A DNA stretch of 64,000 nucleotides from an uncultured Desulfobacter sp. (GTDB taxonomy: Bacteria > Desulfobacterota > Desulfobacteria > Desulfobacterales > Desulfobacteraceae), in the NCBI GenBank assembly GCA_963665095.1, contig OY762069.1:3968001-4032000 (forward strand). The letters are read 5' to 3'. Shown piece after piece: positions 18,414 to 28,559 of the stretch (its first letter is position 1; every line of letters begins with the position of its first letter). The notes beneath the pieces were generated by a model. It searched no databases, was not told the origin of the DNA, and saw only the letters and a program-made list of their open reading frames with translations. A program made the translations under genes and the position numbers.

Positions 18414-20087
18414 ATGAACGAAAATCTATCCTATCAAAAATTCGATCAATCCTGGGGAGTAGGCCCTTTACCCGCCTTTCCGGACAAGCCGCTCCATGAA
18501 ATTCTTCGGGAGACTGCTGCCCGGGTACCTAAAAAGGATGCGGTCATCAGCCTGCACTATCGGCTCAGCTATGAGGATTTGAACCTCTACAGCGACCGGT
18601 TTGCTGTGTATCTGGCAGAACTGGGATTAAAAAAGGGCGATCGTGTTGCAACCATGCTGCCGAACTGTATTCAGCATGCCATTGCTATCTATGGCATTCT
18701 CAAGGCCGGCTGCACCATGGTGCCGTTCAATGTTATGTTAAAGGGCCAGGAGGCTCAGTACATCCTGGAGGAATCCGAAGCAAAAGTTCTTGTCTGCCTT
18801 GACCTGTTGTTGCCCATGGTCCGGCCTGTTGCGGAATCACTGGGCCTGACCAAGGTTGTAACGGTTCATGTTAAAGATTTCAGCGCGCCAACAGCCACTA
18901 TTCCGCCGATGCTTTCCGGTGACAAGCAACCTGTGGACGGGGCAACCGATTTTATGGCTATTATCAAAGCGGATCAGGGGGATGTGCCTTATGTTCATGT
19001 GGATTTAAAAAAAGACCTGGCCTGTATCCTTTATACCTCGGGAACCACGGGATTTCCCAAAGGGGCCATGATCACCCACTACAACTACCATGCTAACAGC
19101 AATGTCGTCCTTGGGCCGCTAGGATTAACGGGAGAAGATACCATCATGCTGTTATTTCCCCTGTTTCATGTGGGTGGTCAGGCCCTGATCCTTTTCCCTG
19201 CAGTACGTTCCGGTGCCACCTGTGTTGCGATTCCCGTTTTCAGCCCGGGAGACACGCTGGATCTTATCCAGCGCTTCGGCATCTCCTACACATTTGCACC
19301 GCCCACCGCTTATATCGGGCTTTTAAACCACCCTGATTTCAATAAATTTAATCTGTCAAGCCTGCGCATGACCACCTCAAGCGGGGCGCTGGTTCCTGCC
19401 GCCCTGAAAAAACAATGGGAAGAGGCCATAGGAACGTACCTTTTCGCCGGCTACGGGTGCACGGAATCGACAGCTGCCTCGCCAGGCATTGTGGAACAAG
19501 TCAACAGGAAAAATTCGGAGAATGGTTGCATCGGGGCTGCTTTGGGCGGTGAAATGAAAATTGTGGATACAAGTGGAAACATTGTGCCCAGAGGAACCAT
19601 TGGAGAATATGTACTCCGGGGAGACGGCATCGTCCAGGGTTACCTGAAAAAGCCTGATGAAACCAGAGCCTGTTTTCTCGAAGATGGCTGGTGGGCTACA
19701 GGTGATGCCGGTTACATGAACGAAGATGGATTTTGTTTCTTTGTTGAACGGATCAAGGATCTGATCGTTGCCTCGGGATACAACATTGCCCCGGCAGAGG
19801 TGGAGAACTACCTGTATAAACATCCGGCTATTCAGGAAGTAGCCGTGATCGGCATCCCGGATGATTACCGGGGAGAAACAGTAAAGGCCTTTGTCGTCCT
19901 GAAGGAAGAGGAGAAAGGAAAGGTTACCGAAGATGATATCATCGCTTTTGGGAAGGAAGCCATGGCGTCCTATAAAACGCCCAAACTGGTTGAATTTATA
20001 GACGCTATCCCTAAAAATCCCTCGGGCAAGACCCTTCGTCGTCTGCTCAGGGAAAAAGAAGACCTGACACACAAAAAGACGACCTGA
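18414..20087 (+). CDS. AMP-forming acyl-CoA ligase (FadD-like)
   Basis: YTSGTTGFPKG, GYGCTE, TGDAG, RIKDLIVASGYNI, PKNPSGK. Confidence 0.93.
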   Translation: MNENLSYQKFDQSWGVGPLPAFPDKPLHEILRETAARVPKKDAVISLHYRLSYEDLNLYSDRFAVYLAELGLKKGDRVATMLPNCIQHAIAIYGILKAGCTMVPFNVMLKGQEAQYILEESEAKVLVCLDLLLPMVRPVAESLGLTKVVTVHVKDFSAPTATIPPMLSGDKQPVDGATDFMAIIKADQGDVPYVHVDLKKDLACILYTSGTTGFPKGAMITHYNYHANSNVVLGPLGLTGEDTIMLLFPLFHVGGQALILFPAVRSGATCVAIPVFSPGDTLDLIQRFGISYTFAPPTAYIGLLNHPDFNKFNLSSLRMTTSSGALVPAALKKQWEEAIGTYLFAGYGCTESTAASPGIVEQVNRKNSENGCIGAALGGEMKIVDTSGNIVPRGTIGEYVLRGDGIVQGYLKKPDETRACFLEDGWWATGDAGYMNEDGFCFFVERIKDLIVASGYNIAPAEVENYLYKHPAIQEVAVIGIPDDYRGETVKAFVVLKEEEKGKVTEDDIIAFGKEAMASYKTPKLVEFIDAIPKNPSGKTLRRLLREKEDLTHKKTT

Positions 20088-20122
20088 AAGGTCATTGCAG
20101 AGGGATTTTAAAAAACAAAAAA

Positions 20123-21040
20123 TTAAAGGGTATACATGTTCTGGAACCAGCTTTGGAAACCGCCGGGCTCACCGCCCGTAGCCACAATGGCTTTCAGGAT
20201 TTCGGAAAGCTTGGCGGTCACAGGGCCGGGGGCCGGCAGGTCACGGCCCTCAAACCGGCAGACAGGTTTTACCTTTACACCGGTGTGGCAGGTGAACAAC
20301 TCATCTGCCGTGTACACATCTTCTTTGGTCAAAAGCGCTTCCTGTACATCCAGGCCGTTGGCCCTGCCTGCAGCCAGAATGGAATCCCGGGACACGCTGG
20401 CCAGTATATTTCCCAAAGGCGGGGTTTTAATCACATTTTTTTTGACGACAAAGACTGATTCAATGGAACCTTCAGCCAGATGTCCGTCGGCATTCACAGT
20501 AATGCCCAAGTCAAAGCCGCGCTGTTTTGCATCCTTTAAAACCAGATAACCGGGCAGATAGTTTGCACAGGCCTTGGCCATAACCGGAATCGCATGGGGA
20601 TCCGGCTTGTTCCATTTGGAAAAGCACACCTTTCTTGGCGTGTCATCGTCCAGGTGCAGTTCCGGGGCCTCAGGCACTGTAAACACTGCGATGTCCAGCG
20701 CAGAGTCCAGAACCAGATTGATTATGGCCTCTTCACTCCAGTAACCCATGATTTTTACCATGCCCCTTTTGATCCTATTGGCTTCGCAGACATCTGCCAC
20801 GGCCGCAGAGATCTGATCAAAGGAAAACCCCGCCTTCATTTCAAGAATTTCCAAAGTCCGGGCCATACGCTCCAGATGCTTGTCCATCCTGAAAGTTACC
20901 ACCCGGTTGTCCACCACGTGGGTACCAAAGGCTTCAAAAATGGCGGACCCCCGGGACAATCCATGGGACAGCACAGGCACCTGGGCAGCCTCCCAGGGAA
21001 CGATCTCGCCATTCAACCAGATCTTTAAACTATCATTCAT
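20123..21040 (-). CDS. PLP fold-type IV aminotransferase (IlvE/D-amino-acid aminotransferase family)
   Basis: IWLNGEIVPW, FRMDKHLERM, AKACANY (PLP Lys), AEGSIES, ILASVSRDS. Start set at 21040 behind a GAGGA RBS. Confidence 0.88.
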   Translation of the reverse strand: MNDSLKIWLNGEIVPWEAAQVPVLSHGLSRGSAIFEAFGTHVVDNRVVTFRMDKHLERMARTLEILEMKAGFSFDQISAAVADVCEANRIKRGMVKIMGYWSEEAIINLVLDSALDIAVFTVPEAPELHLDDDTPRKVCFSKWNKPDPHAIPVMAKACANYLPGYLVLKDAKQRGFDLGITVNADGHLAEGSIESVFVVKKNVIKTPPLGNILASVSRDSILAAGRANGLDVQEALLTKEDVYTADELFTCHTGVKVKPVCRFEGRDLPAPGPVTAKLSEILKAIVATGGEPGGFQSWFQNMYTL

Positions 21041-21065
21041 TGTTACATTCCTCATTGGTAAATTA

Positions 21066-22397
21066 TTACATGCCAAGAAACAGCGGCACGACAGGCACTG
21101 CCTTGGGCATTATAAGATGCGGCAGGGTCAGTGACAAGGGCGGAAAATAAGTTGTCAGCAGCATGACCGGCAAAGATACGGTACAGATAAACATCAGCTG
21201 GGGCTTGATCAGCCGGTCTATGGGGCAGTTGCCCACCCGGGCGGACAAATACAGAATAGGTGCTGTGGGCGGTGTTTTATTGCCAAGGCCCAGATTGGTT
21301 CCTAAAATGGCCGCAAAATGGATGGGGTGGATGCCAATTTCAGTGACAACCGGGAACAGGAGCGCGGCCGCCAGAATCGTGCCGGAAAAATCATCCATAA
21401 TCATGCCCAGAAGCAACAAAAAGATGTTAACCAGCAGCAGGATCAAGTATTTATTGTCAGTCAGCCCGAACAGGGCCTCAATCATTTTCTGGGGAACGTT
21501 CTCCATGACATAAATTTTAGAAAGCATCATCACGAAAAACACCATTAATACGATAACACCCGTTGTGGTGACGGAGGAGACCAATGAGTCTCTCAGCATT
21601 TTTAAAGTCATGGTCCGGTACACCAGAAACCCCACAAGGATACAGTAAATGGAGGCCACGCCGGCCGCTTCGGTGGGGGTGAAAATACCGCCGTAAATGC
21701 CGCCCAGCACAATTACCGGCAATAGCAGCGCCCAAAACCCCTTTTTAAGGGCCGAACCAAACTCTTTTGTCTTTTCTGTGAAAGTGGCCGGCGGCAGTAC
21801 CTTGATGGGAAGTTTTCTGACCACCACCCAGTTCACGAAACTGTAGAGGCAGACCATGATCAGGCCGGGAACCACCGTTGAAAGAAAGCAGGCGGCCACA
21901 GACTGCCAGGTCACCCAGGCATATAAAATCATGGGCACACTGGGGGGGATCAGCTGACCTTCCACCGAGGCGGCGGAGATAATGGCGGTGGCATGCCCTC
22001 TGGGATATCCGCGTTCCACCATCCTTGGAATCATGATGCTTCCCACGGCTGCCACTGCCGCCGTACAGGTTCCTGATATGGCGCCGAACAGGGCGGAACT
22101 TAACACCGATACGGTGCCGAGCCCGCTTTTGGTTCTGCCGAACAGGGAGTCGGATACCGCCACAAGCCTTGCTGCAATACCGGTGCTGCTCATAATGCCG
22201 CCCATAAGAATAAAAAACAGGACGCAGAGAACCGCCAGGGAGTTAATCTGGTGAAATCCCGTGGAAATCAGAAAGACCGGATTGAAACCACCGGTGGACA
22301 CCATCATGAAAAGGACAGCCGCCATAAAGCAGAAGGGAACGGGAACGCCTAAGATCATTAAAACCAAAAGAATTACCAAATCAATGACGACATTCAT
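21066..22397 (-). CDS. dctM: TRAP transporter large permease
   Basis: Highly hydrophobic; FGAISGT, LIPPSVPMI, GIFTPTEAA, GIHPIHF, TPP motifs. Confidence 0.93.
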   Translation of the reverse strand: MNVVIDLVILLVLMILGVPVPFCFMAAVLFMMVSTGGFNPVFLISTGFHQINSLAVLCVLFFILMGGIMSSTGIAARLVAVSDSLFGRTKSGLGTVSVLSSALFGAISGTCTAAVAAVGSIMIPRMVERGYPRGHATAIISAASVEGQLIPPSVPMILYAWVTWQSVAACFLSTVVPGLIMVCLYSFVNWVVVRKLPIKVLPPATFTEKTKEFGSALKKGFWALLLPVIVLGGIYGGIFTPTEAAGVASIYCILVGFLVYRTMTLKMLRDSLVSSVTTTGVIVLMVFFVMMLSKIYVMENVPQKMIEALFGLTDNKYLILLLVNIFLLLLGMIMDDFSGTILAAALLFPVVTEIGIHPIHFAAILGTNLGLGNKTPPTAPILYLSARVGNCPIDRLIKPQLMFICTVSLPVMLLTTYFPPLSLTLPHLIMPKAVPVVPLFLGM

Positions 22398-22930
22398 ATT
22401 TCCTGATCCTTTTCAATCAGCTGGGAAAAAATCGATTTTTTTCCAAATGACAATAAGCAATTGTCTATCAATTCAAGTGCAAAATAAAAGGCCATGGCCA
22501 CGGATCCGATAAACACGGCACTCTGGCAGATAATTTTGGGCAGCAGCAGGGCCTGGGACGTCCCCCCTCTTTTCAGCTCCCACATAAAATAGGGATAGGT
22601 CCATGTCACCAGCGTGACGGCCAGGATCACGGTGAAGACGCTGGCCACGGACCGTAAAACAGCCAGGGTACGTTGATTTTTCACCCAGATATTGATCAAC
22701 TCCGCCTTGATATGGGTCCTTTCGTAGGCACCATAAGCCGCCCCCATAAAATAGAGCCAGATTCCGATAAAAAGAATGAGTTCCTCAATGCCGAAAAGGG
22801 GGGAACCCAGAACATACCGTAAAAATACCTCTGTAAAAATCAAAATACCGACAACCGCACCGCCGCCGACCATGATCACCTTCTGAAGAAACAGAGGCAG
22901 TTTCCAGAGAAACATTGCGAATTTTTTCAT
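22394..22930 (-). CDS. dctQ: TRAP transporter small permease
   Basis: Four TM segments with EVFLRYVLGSPLFGIEEL and HIKAEL; overlaps the dctM start (ATGA); start trimmed to 22930. Confidence 0.88.
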   Translation of the reverse strand: MKKFAMFLWKLPLFLQKVIMVGGGAVVGILIFTEVFLRYVLGSPLFGIEELILFIGIWLYFMGAAYGAYERTHIKAELINIWVKNQRTLAVLRSVASVFTVILAVTLVTWTYPYFMWELKRGGTSQALLLPKIICQSAVFIGSVAMAFYFALELIDNCLLSFGKKSIFSQLIEKDQEI

Positions 22931-22995
22931 ATATTCACTATTCACACCCAAAGGGTGCCAGTTAGTTATAATTCCAGTCCCGGTCCGGTTTTGGT

Positions 22996-23032
22996 TCCGG
23001 TGCAGGCGGCCGGGAAAGCCGCCTGCACCGGA
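22996..23032. repeat. perfect 15-bp GC-rich stem-loop in the dctP-dctQ spacer
   Basis: TCCGGTGCAGGCGGC-CGGGAAA-GCCGCCTGCACCGGA. Confidence 0.85.
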
Positions 23033-23204
23033 CAAAATCAGACAGGAGTGATTTTATTGATTCGCCAGGCACATCGTGGCCAACGGCCTGTGCGAAGAGG
23101 AGGACTTACCCGGATGTAAGACCCAAGACACGCTGCACCCAGGCATGTGAGAATTGCAGCGTGTCGGGGCAAGACGGCAGTAAGGGAAGTCCTCCCCCTA
23201 ATAC

Positions 23205-24224
23205 TTATTTCATACCTACGTGTTCCCGGCATTCATCCACAAGTCGTTTGCCGATCAGGCTTTCCAGTTCCGGCCAGACTTCTGTACGAATTTTTGTTGC
23301 AAAGGCTTTAAGCTGTTCGTCCGTGGGAACAATCACTTTCATACCATATTCACTCATTTTCTGACGATACTCAGCATCTTCTTTCAGGAAGTAATCCCAA
23401 CGGCCGTCAATCTGTTTCTGGGCAGAAGCCAGGATCGCTTTCCGGTCGGCGTCTGTCAGGTTTTTCCATTTGTCCAGATTGACCATGAACCACAGGGGCT
23501 CAAGGAAATCATTGGTCTGGATCCACACTTTCTGGATATCGCGGAACTGATACCCCTGGAAGGGAGGCCCTCCGCTTTCACCTTCAGCCACACCGCGTTC
23601 AATGGCGGAATAGGTTTCAGCATAAGGGATGGTGGAAGGAATGTAGCCCAGCGCTTTCCAGGTGAGCTGACAGGCCTTGAGCGGCATGACACGGACCTTC
23701 ATTTTATTGGGTGCCATGTCAGCCCAGCCTTCGGGCTCTTCCTTGGTGGTGATGCCGGCCCAGCCGGAAGGATAAATGCCAAGGCCTTTGATGCCTTCTT
23801 CCTCCAACAGCTTGCCAACCATGTTGAACACCCAGCCACCCTGATTATAGGCAGCTTTCGCCTCTTCCGTGTTTGTGAACATATAGGGCATGTAATACCC
23901 GATATTCAAGCGGGGATCATAGTTGGGAGCAAGGGGGAGCAACCCCATGTCCACGTCTCCGCGCATGATATATTCGTTCACATCCACCCAATCGCCAAGC
24001 ACGCCGCCGGAGTAGACTTTAATCTCAACCCGGCCCTGGGTTGCCTGTTTCACATCTTCGGCAAATGCCATACATCTTCTGTGGTGGTCACTGTCTTCAG
24101 GCATGATCTGGGCCAGACGCCAGGTAACCTTGTAATCCTTTGCCACGCAGAAACCGGTCATGCCCAGTGACAGCAATGTCACGGCACCAGCAAGTGCTGC
24201 CAGCTGCTTCACTCTTCTGAACAT
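23205..24224 (-). CDS. dctP: TRAP transporter periplasmic substrate-binding protein
   Basis: Signal peptide; TQGRVEIKVYSGGVLG, MKVRVM (conserved Arg), IPYAETYSAIERGV; strong AAGGAGG RBS before ATG 24224. Confidence 0.92.
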   Translation of the reverse strand: MFRRVKQLAALAGAVTLLSLGMTGFCVAKDYKVTWRLAQIMPEDSDHHRRCMAFAEDVKQATQGRVEIKVYSGGVLGDWVDVNEYIMRGDVDMGLLPLAPNYDPRLNIGYYMPYMFTNTEEAKAAYNQGGWVFNMVGKLLEEEGIKGLGIYPSGWAGITTKEEPEGWADMAPNKMKVRVMPLKACQLTWKALGYIPSTIPYAETYSAIERGVAEGESGGPPFQGYQFRDIQKVWIQTNDFLEPLWFMVNLDKWKNLTDADRKAILASAQKQIDGRWDYFLKEDAEYRQKMSEYGMKVIVPTDEQLKAFATKIRTEVWPELESLIGKRLVDECREHVGMK

Positions 24225-24406
24225 ACTTTTTCCTCCTTTTTCGGTTAACGGCACTGACAGGGCTGAAAAATCGCTTGCTTCATCAGCCATCCAAACTGCC
24301 GCGATTAGTTCCGGCTGGCCGCAAGATCCCTGCCTTGCCTGCCAACTCACTTTTTTGTTTTGTCTGTACTCAAACAAAAAACTAACAAAGCGATGCTCAC
24401 AATCAA

Positions 24407-24423
24407 AGCACATATCATGCCGT
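24407..24423 (-). promoter_or_regulatory. candidate sigma54 promoter for dctPQM-aminotransferase
   Basis: Minus strand ACGGCATGATATGTGCT, a GG-N10-GC match in the intergenic region upstream of dctP. Confidence 0.55.
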
Positions 24424-24589
24424 TGTGTTGCCTGACCAGTTAAAAAACATTTACTAAAATAATAAATTTAAAATTCCAAAAGGTTAGCCTCTGTTTTATA
24501 TTTTGAAAGACCAGCCTGCCAGCAATCTTCCACATGAATACGACACCAAAACCGGCATTTTCCTTACACCAAATAACAATATTGTCATT

Positions 24590-25687
24590 TCACCAACAGC
24601 AGCCACGCAGGTCAATGGTCCATTCTCCTTCTATCTTCCCCTTGCGAACTAGAACATATTTGTCAAACTGGTTCACTGTGGGATCGCAGTGGCTGACCAC
24701 CAGCTCAATCTGATCGCCAAGAACCGGGAGGGGCAATCCCTTGTCAGTGCTGATTTTACCGTATTCATCGCCAAACCAGTCATAATTCAGTCCCGGATTG
24801 CCTATCACCCGGGGGATACCGCCGTCCCGGTAAAGGGATTTCAGTCCGGCGTCCACAGTTACAAATCTGTCATGACTGGCAGAGACCACCGTGGAAAGCA
24901 GGGTCATGGCCGGCGGAAATATCTGAACCCCGGGGTTGGCCGTCTGCCATCCAATGCCTGAATATTCCACATCCATAAGCACATAGGATCCGACCTGAAG
25001 TTCGGTGACCTCTTCAACTTCAAGGTCTATATCAAAGGTCCCGGTTCCGGAAGCACTGAAAATACGGCACTCCGGTCTTTCCTCTTTAAGGTGGTTAAAT
25101 ATCCGGGCAGCGCCTTTGAGGCTGTCAAGGGATGCTTTTCTGCGGTCATCAAATGATGCAATGTGCTGAACCTGGCCGGCATAGGCCTGGATGCCGCAAA
25201 GCGAAAGCTGTTCCAGGCCCATGATATGACGGGCGGCATCCATGGCCCTGTCAAGGGGGACACCGGTTCTGTTCAGCCCCACATCCAGGTCCAGAAGCAC
25301 CTTCATGGTTGTCCCGCAGGCCTTGAGTGCCTCGTTCAGGGCAACGGCTGTGTCCGGATGATCAATGGCGGTCATCAGCGTTGGAGACACAGCCGCCATC
25401 TGAGCCAGCTTCTGCACTTTAACCCGACCTGCCACAGGCCCCGTGATCAAGATATTTTCAATCCCCTTATTCATCAGAGCCCGGGCCTCGGAGAGCTTGG
25501 CCGCACTGATACCTGTGGCTCCGGCCGCTACCTGTCTTTCAGCCAAAGCTGAGCATTTATGGGTTTTTGCATGGGGCCGAAGCTGCTTGCCGGCTTTTTT
25601 TACGGTCTCCTGCATAAAAGAAATGTTTCTGTCCAGCTGGTCCAGGTCCAGAAGCAGGCAGGGAGTATCAAAATCTTTCCGGGTCAT
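24590..25687 (-). CDS. PLP fold-type III enzyme, D-threonine aldolase/DSD1/3-hydroxy-D-aspartate aldolase family
   Basis: DTPCLLLDLD, LRPHAKTHK (PLP Lys), GIQAYAG, ELQVGSY, VDAGLKS, SHCDPTVN. Confidence 0.88.
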   Translation of the reverse strand: MTRKDFDTPCLLLDLDQLDRNISFMQETVKKAGKQLRPHAKTHKCSALAERQVAAGATGISAAKLSEARALMNKGIENILITGPVAGRVKVQKLAQMAAVSPTLMTAIDHPDTAVALNEALKACGTTMKVLLDLDVGLNRTGVPLDRAMDAARHIMGLEQLSLCGIQAYAGQVQHIASFDDRRKASLDSLKGAARIFNHLKEERPECRIFSASGTGTFDIDLEVEEVTELQVGSYVLMDVEYSGIGWQTANPGVQIFPPAMTLLSTVVSASHDRFVTVDAGLKSLYRDGGIPRVIGNPGLNYDWFGDEYGKISTDKGLPLPVLGDQIELVVSHCDPTVNQFDKYVLVRKGKIEGEWTIDLRGCCW

Positions 25688-25770
25688 AGTTTACTTCCTT
25701 TGCAGTTACAGGCATGGTCTTACCTGAATGTTGCGTCAACGGGAATGCCTTTTAAATCCCGGTGCCGGGG

Positions 25771-27237
25771 TTAGCCTTTCAGCAGGCCGGTTCTGTGGTT
25801 AAACTCGGATATCAGTTCGTCTATCTGGTCCACCTGGCTGAAAATGCCGTCCCAGTAGTCATCATGGTCATACCACTGGGTATTGAGTTCATTGACGTCC
25901 TTGGCCTGCTGCTCCACCCAGGTATAGTACTTGAGGTTGTGGATCCGTTTGCGGTCATAGAACCCAAGCTCCTGCATATGATCCATACCGATGCCGGAAA
26001 GCATTTCAAGATCCTGCCAGACATCTTTTTCAGCGTAGCAACCCCGCTGGGCCGTCAGTTCGGAAAGACGTGAGCCGTATAGCTGCATGGAGTCCGTGGC
26101 AATGCTCACCACATAGTCCTTTTCCGTCAGCTCGTTGTATTTGGCAAACTTGACTGCGGCGATCATGTTGCCGATGCCTGAAATTCCCAGCAGGTCCAGC
26201 TGGTCCACCAGTTCCGGTGCCACCCCGGCCCTCTTGAGCACCTCCCTGCCAATGGGCTCATTAAAGAGACGCAACAGCCTTACCGGCACCTCATCATCCA
26301 CGGCAATGACAAAATCGGTCTCTTTGCAGTCATGGACCCAGGGCACATGTTTGTCGCCGATGCCTTCGATCCGGTGTCCGCCAAATCCGTTTTCAAGCAG
26401 GGTTGGGCACTGCAGGGCTTCGGCCACCGCAATCCTGGACCGGGGAAATTTCTTTTTGAGGTAATACCCGGCCGCCAGGGTCCCGCCGGAGCCTGATGCC
26501 GACACATATCCGGCAAACCGTTTTTCCGGATCGGGCAGACCTTGAAACACCTCCTCAACAGCCGCCCCTGTGACGGTGTAATGCCACAACGGGTTGCCCA
26601 TCTCATCAAACTGATTGAAAATGGTCAGGTCTTCGCCGGAATTTTTCAGCTCCCAGCACTTGTCAAAAATCTCCTTGACGTTGGATTCGCACCCCGGGGT
26701 GGCAATGACCTGGCCGGCAATTCTGCTGAGCCATTCAAACCGCTCTTTGGACATCTCCTCGGGCAGGATGGCAATGGCCTGACAGGCCAGCAACGCTGAA
26801 ATATAGGCCCCGCCCCGGCAGTAGTTGCCGGTGGAGGGCCAGACCGCCTTTGTCGTTGACGGATCAAACTGTCCGGTCACAAGACATGGGGCAAGGCACC
26901 CGTAAGTGGCACCCACCTTATGTGCTCCGGTGGGAAACCAGCGGCCGCACAGCATGATGATATTGGCCCTGCAGCCAGTCAGTTCCGGGGGAAGAACAAT
27001 ATGGTTCACCGGCCCGAACTGCCCGCCGCTCTCTTTGGGTTCGTTTTTCCAGGTAATCCTGAACAGATTGGCTGGATGAAGATCCCATAATCCCACACTT
27101 TTAAGCGTGTCCTTAATGCTTTGGGGCATGGTTTCCGGATCTTTCATCATCCCGTAGGTGGGCAGAATAATCTGTTTATCCCGGCAGAACGCGATATTGT
27201 TCTCCAGAATTTTTTGATTCATATCTAAATTGAGCAT
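25771..27237 (-). CDS. uncharacterised PLP fold-type II enzyme (cysteine synthase/TrpB-like superfamily)
   Basis: FPTGAHKVGA (PLP Lys), WPSTGNY, SGSGGT phosphate loop, HRIEGIG. Confidence 0.85.
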   Translation of the reverse strand: MLNLDMNQKILENNIAFCRDKQIILPTYGMMKDPETMPQSIKDTLKSVGLWDLHPANLFRITWKNEPKESGGQFGPVNHIVLPPELTGCRANIIMLCGRWFPTGAHKVGATYGCLAPCLVTGQFDPSTTKAVWPSTGNYCRGGAYISALLACQAIAILPEEMSKERFEWLSRIAGQVIATPGCESNVKEIFDKCWELKNSGEDLTIFNQFDEMGNPLWHYTVTGAAVEEVFQGLPDPEKRFAGYVSASGSGGTLAAGYYLKKKFPRSRIAVAEALQCPTLLENGFGGHRIEGIGDKHVPWVHDCKETDFVIAVDDEVPVRLLRLFNEPIGREVLKRAGVAPELVDQLDLLGISGIGNMIAAVKFAKYNELTEKDYVVSIATDSMQLYGSRLSELTAQRGCYAEKDVWQDLEMLSGIGMDHMQELGFYDRKRIHNLKYYTWVEQQAKDVNELNTQWYDHDDYWDGIFSQVDQIDELISEFNHRTGLLKG

Positions 27238-27296
27238 ATTTTATCCTTGTTACTGTTTCATCCGGCAGGCATACTCCCGCCGGCACGTGCAATGGA

Positions 27297-28469
27297 TCAT
27301 TCCAACGATCCAAGAGCGCCTGCCGCAATGACGGCATAGCCCTTTCTGGCCTTTTCAAGCTGATCAATTTCCACATACTCATCTGCCACATGGGCCAGAT
27401 TTTCCTTTGACGGCCCGAATCCGACACTGGGGATGCCCCTTTCTCCCGCACTCTGGCTGGCATCGGTACAGAACCCGTAATAGGCCGTATCTGTGGGCAT
27501 GCCGCTGGTTTCCAATGCGGCCAGGATCTTTTGAACAAAGGGTTCATTCTGCTCAAAGCGCCAGGCTGGAAAAAATCGTTCGGTTTCAATAAAGGCCCCG
27601 GTATAGCATTGCGTTTCAGCCCGGGCAAGGGATACATCAGCTGAAAAAGAGGGGTCTTCAGCCTTCAGCCGGACAATGATATCCCGGATGGGGGCCAGCA
27701 CACTTTCCCGGGTCTCGCCGGGCAGGGTCCGCCTGTCCAGGGTGGCACGGCAGTAATTTGGGATCACTGAGGCGCCCGGATAGGGTGCTGACCGGATGTC
27801 AGTCACTTCAATAATGGCAGGCCCCAGGAAACTGTCTCCGGGAAGGGTCATGGATTCAATGGCGGATAAAAGCCGGGTCATTTTCTTCACTGCATTGATC
27901 CCCGCAGACGGCACGGAGGAGTGGGCGCTCTTCCCATAGGTCTCCACCACCACTTCCGCCCGTCCCCGCTGGCCGATTTTCAGGGTCAGCTCACTGGCCT
28001 CTCCAATGACCACAAGGTCGGGGGAGATCTCATCCAGAATCCGCCCCTGGGCTACCCCTTCAAACGCCTCTTCGCACACAACGCCTGCCACATAAATATC
28101 CCCGGCCAGGGTGGTCTTCCGGGGAATCAGATCCGCCGCTGCGTACACCATGGTCATGAGGGCGCATTTCATGTCGGACGTGCCCCGGCCGTAAATCCGG
28201 CCCTGGTCTATGATTCCCCCAAAAGGGTCAACATGCCAGGCTTCTGGATCACCCGCCCCCACGGTATCCATATGCCCCTGGAGCATGACACAGCCGGAGC
28301 CGCAGCCCTTTATCAGACCGATCACATTACCCACATCGTCAATCCAGGCCCGGTCATATCCCAAACCCTCCATGACGGACTTGAAAAAAGCGGCCACTTT
28401 GCCCTCCTCTCCAGATTCAGACGGAATCCGGATGGTACGGCAGCAGTCGTCTATAAATGAAGAGGACAT
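27297..28469 (-). CDS. M20 metallo-amidohydrolase, YgeY-like
   Basis: GHMDTV, YGRGTSDMK, CEE, IGEAS, GKSAHSS, AHVADE. Confidence 0.88.
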   Translation of the reverse strand: MSSSFIDDCCRTIRIPSESGEEGKVAAFFKSVMEGLGYDRAWIDDVGNVIGLIKGCGSGCVMLQGHMDTVGAGDPEAWHVDPFGGIIDQGRIYGRGTSDMKCALMTMVYAAADLIPRKTTLAGDIYVAGVVCEEAFEGVAQGRILDEISPDLVVIGEASELTLKIGQRGRAEVVVETYGKSAHSSVPSAGINAVKKMTRLLSAIESMTLPGDSFLGPAIIEVTDIRSAPYPGASVIPNYCRATLDRRTLPGETRESVLAPIRDIIVRLKAEDPSFSADVSLARAETQCYTGAFIETERFFPAWRFEQNEPFVQKILAALETSGMPTDTAYYGFCTDASQSAGERGIPSVGFGPSKENLAHVADEYVEIDQLEKARKGYAVIAAGALGSLE

Positions 28470-28559
28470 ATCTGCTCCTTATTTGTATCCCCGGAATGCC
28501 GGGGCGCTTTTTATATAATGATGAAAATATCGGTTTAACGTACAAATAATTCGGATACC

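Noticed and set aside
19377..20072. 231-aa antisense ORF, and similar long shadow ORFs at 23220-24170, 51518-52567, 50656-51387, 61067-61765 and 2263-2937
   Set aside because: Each lies antisense to a clearly identified gene and has no recognisable motif; explained by codon bias.
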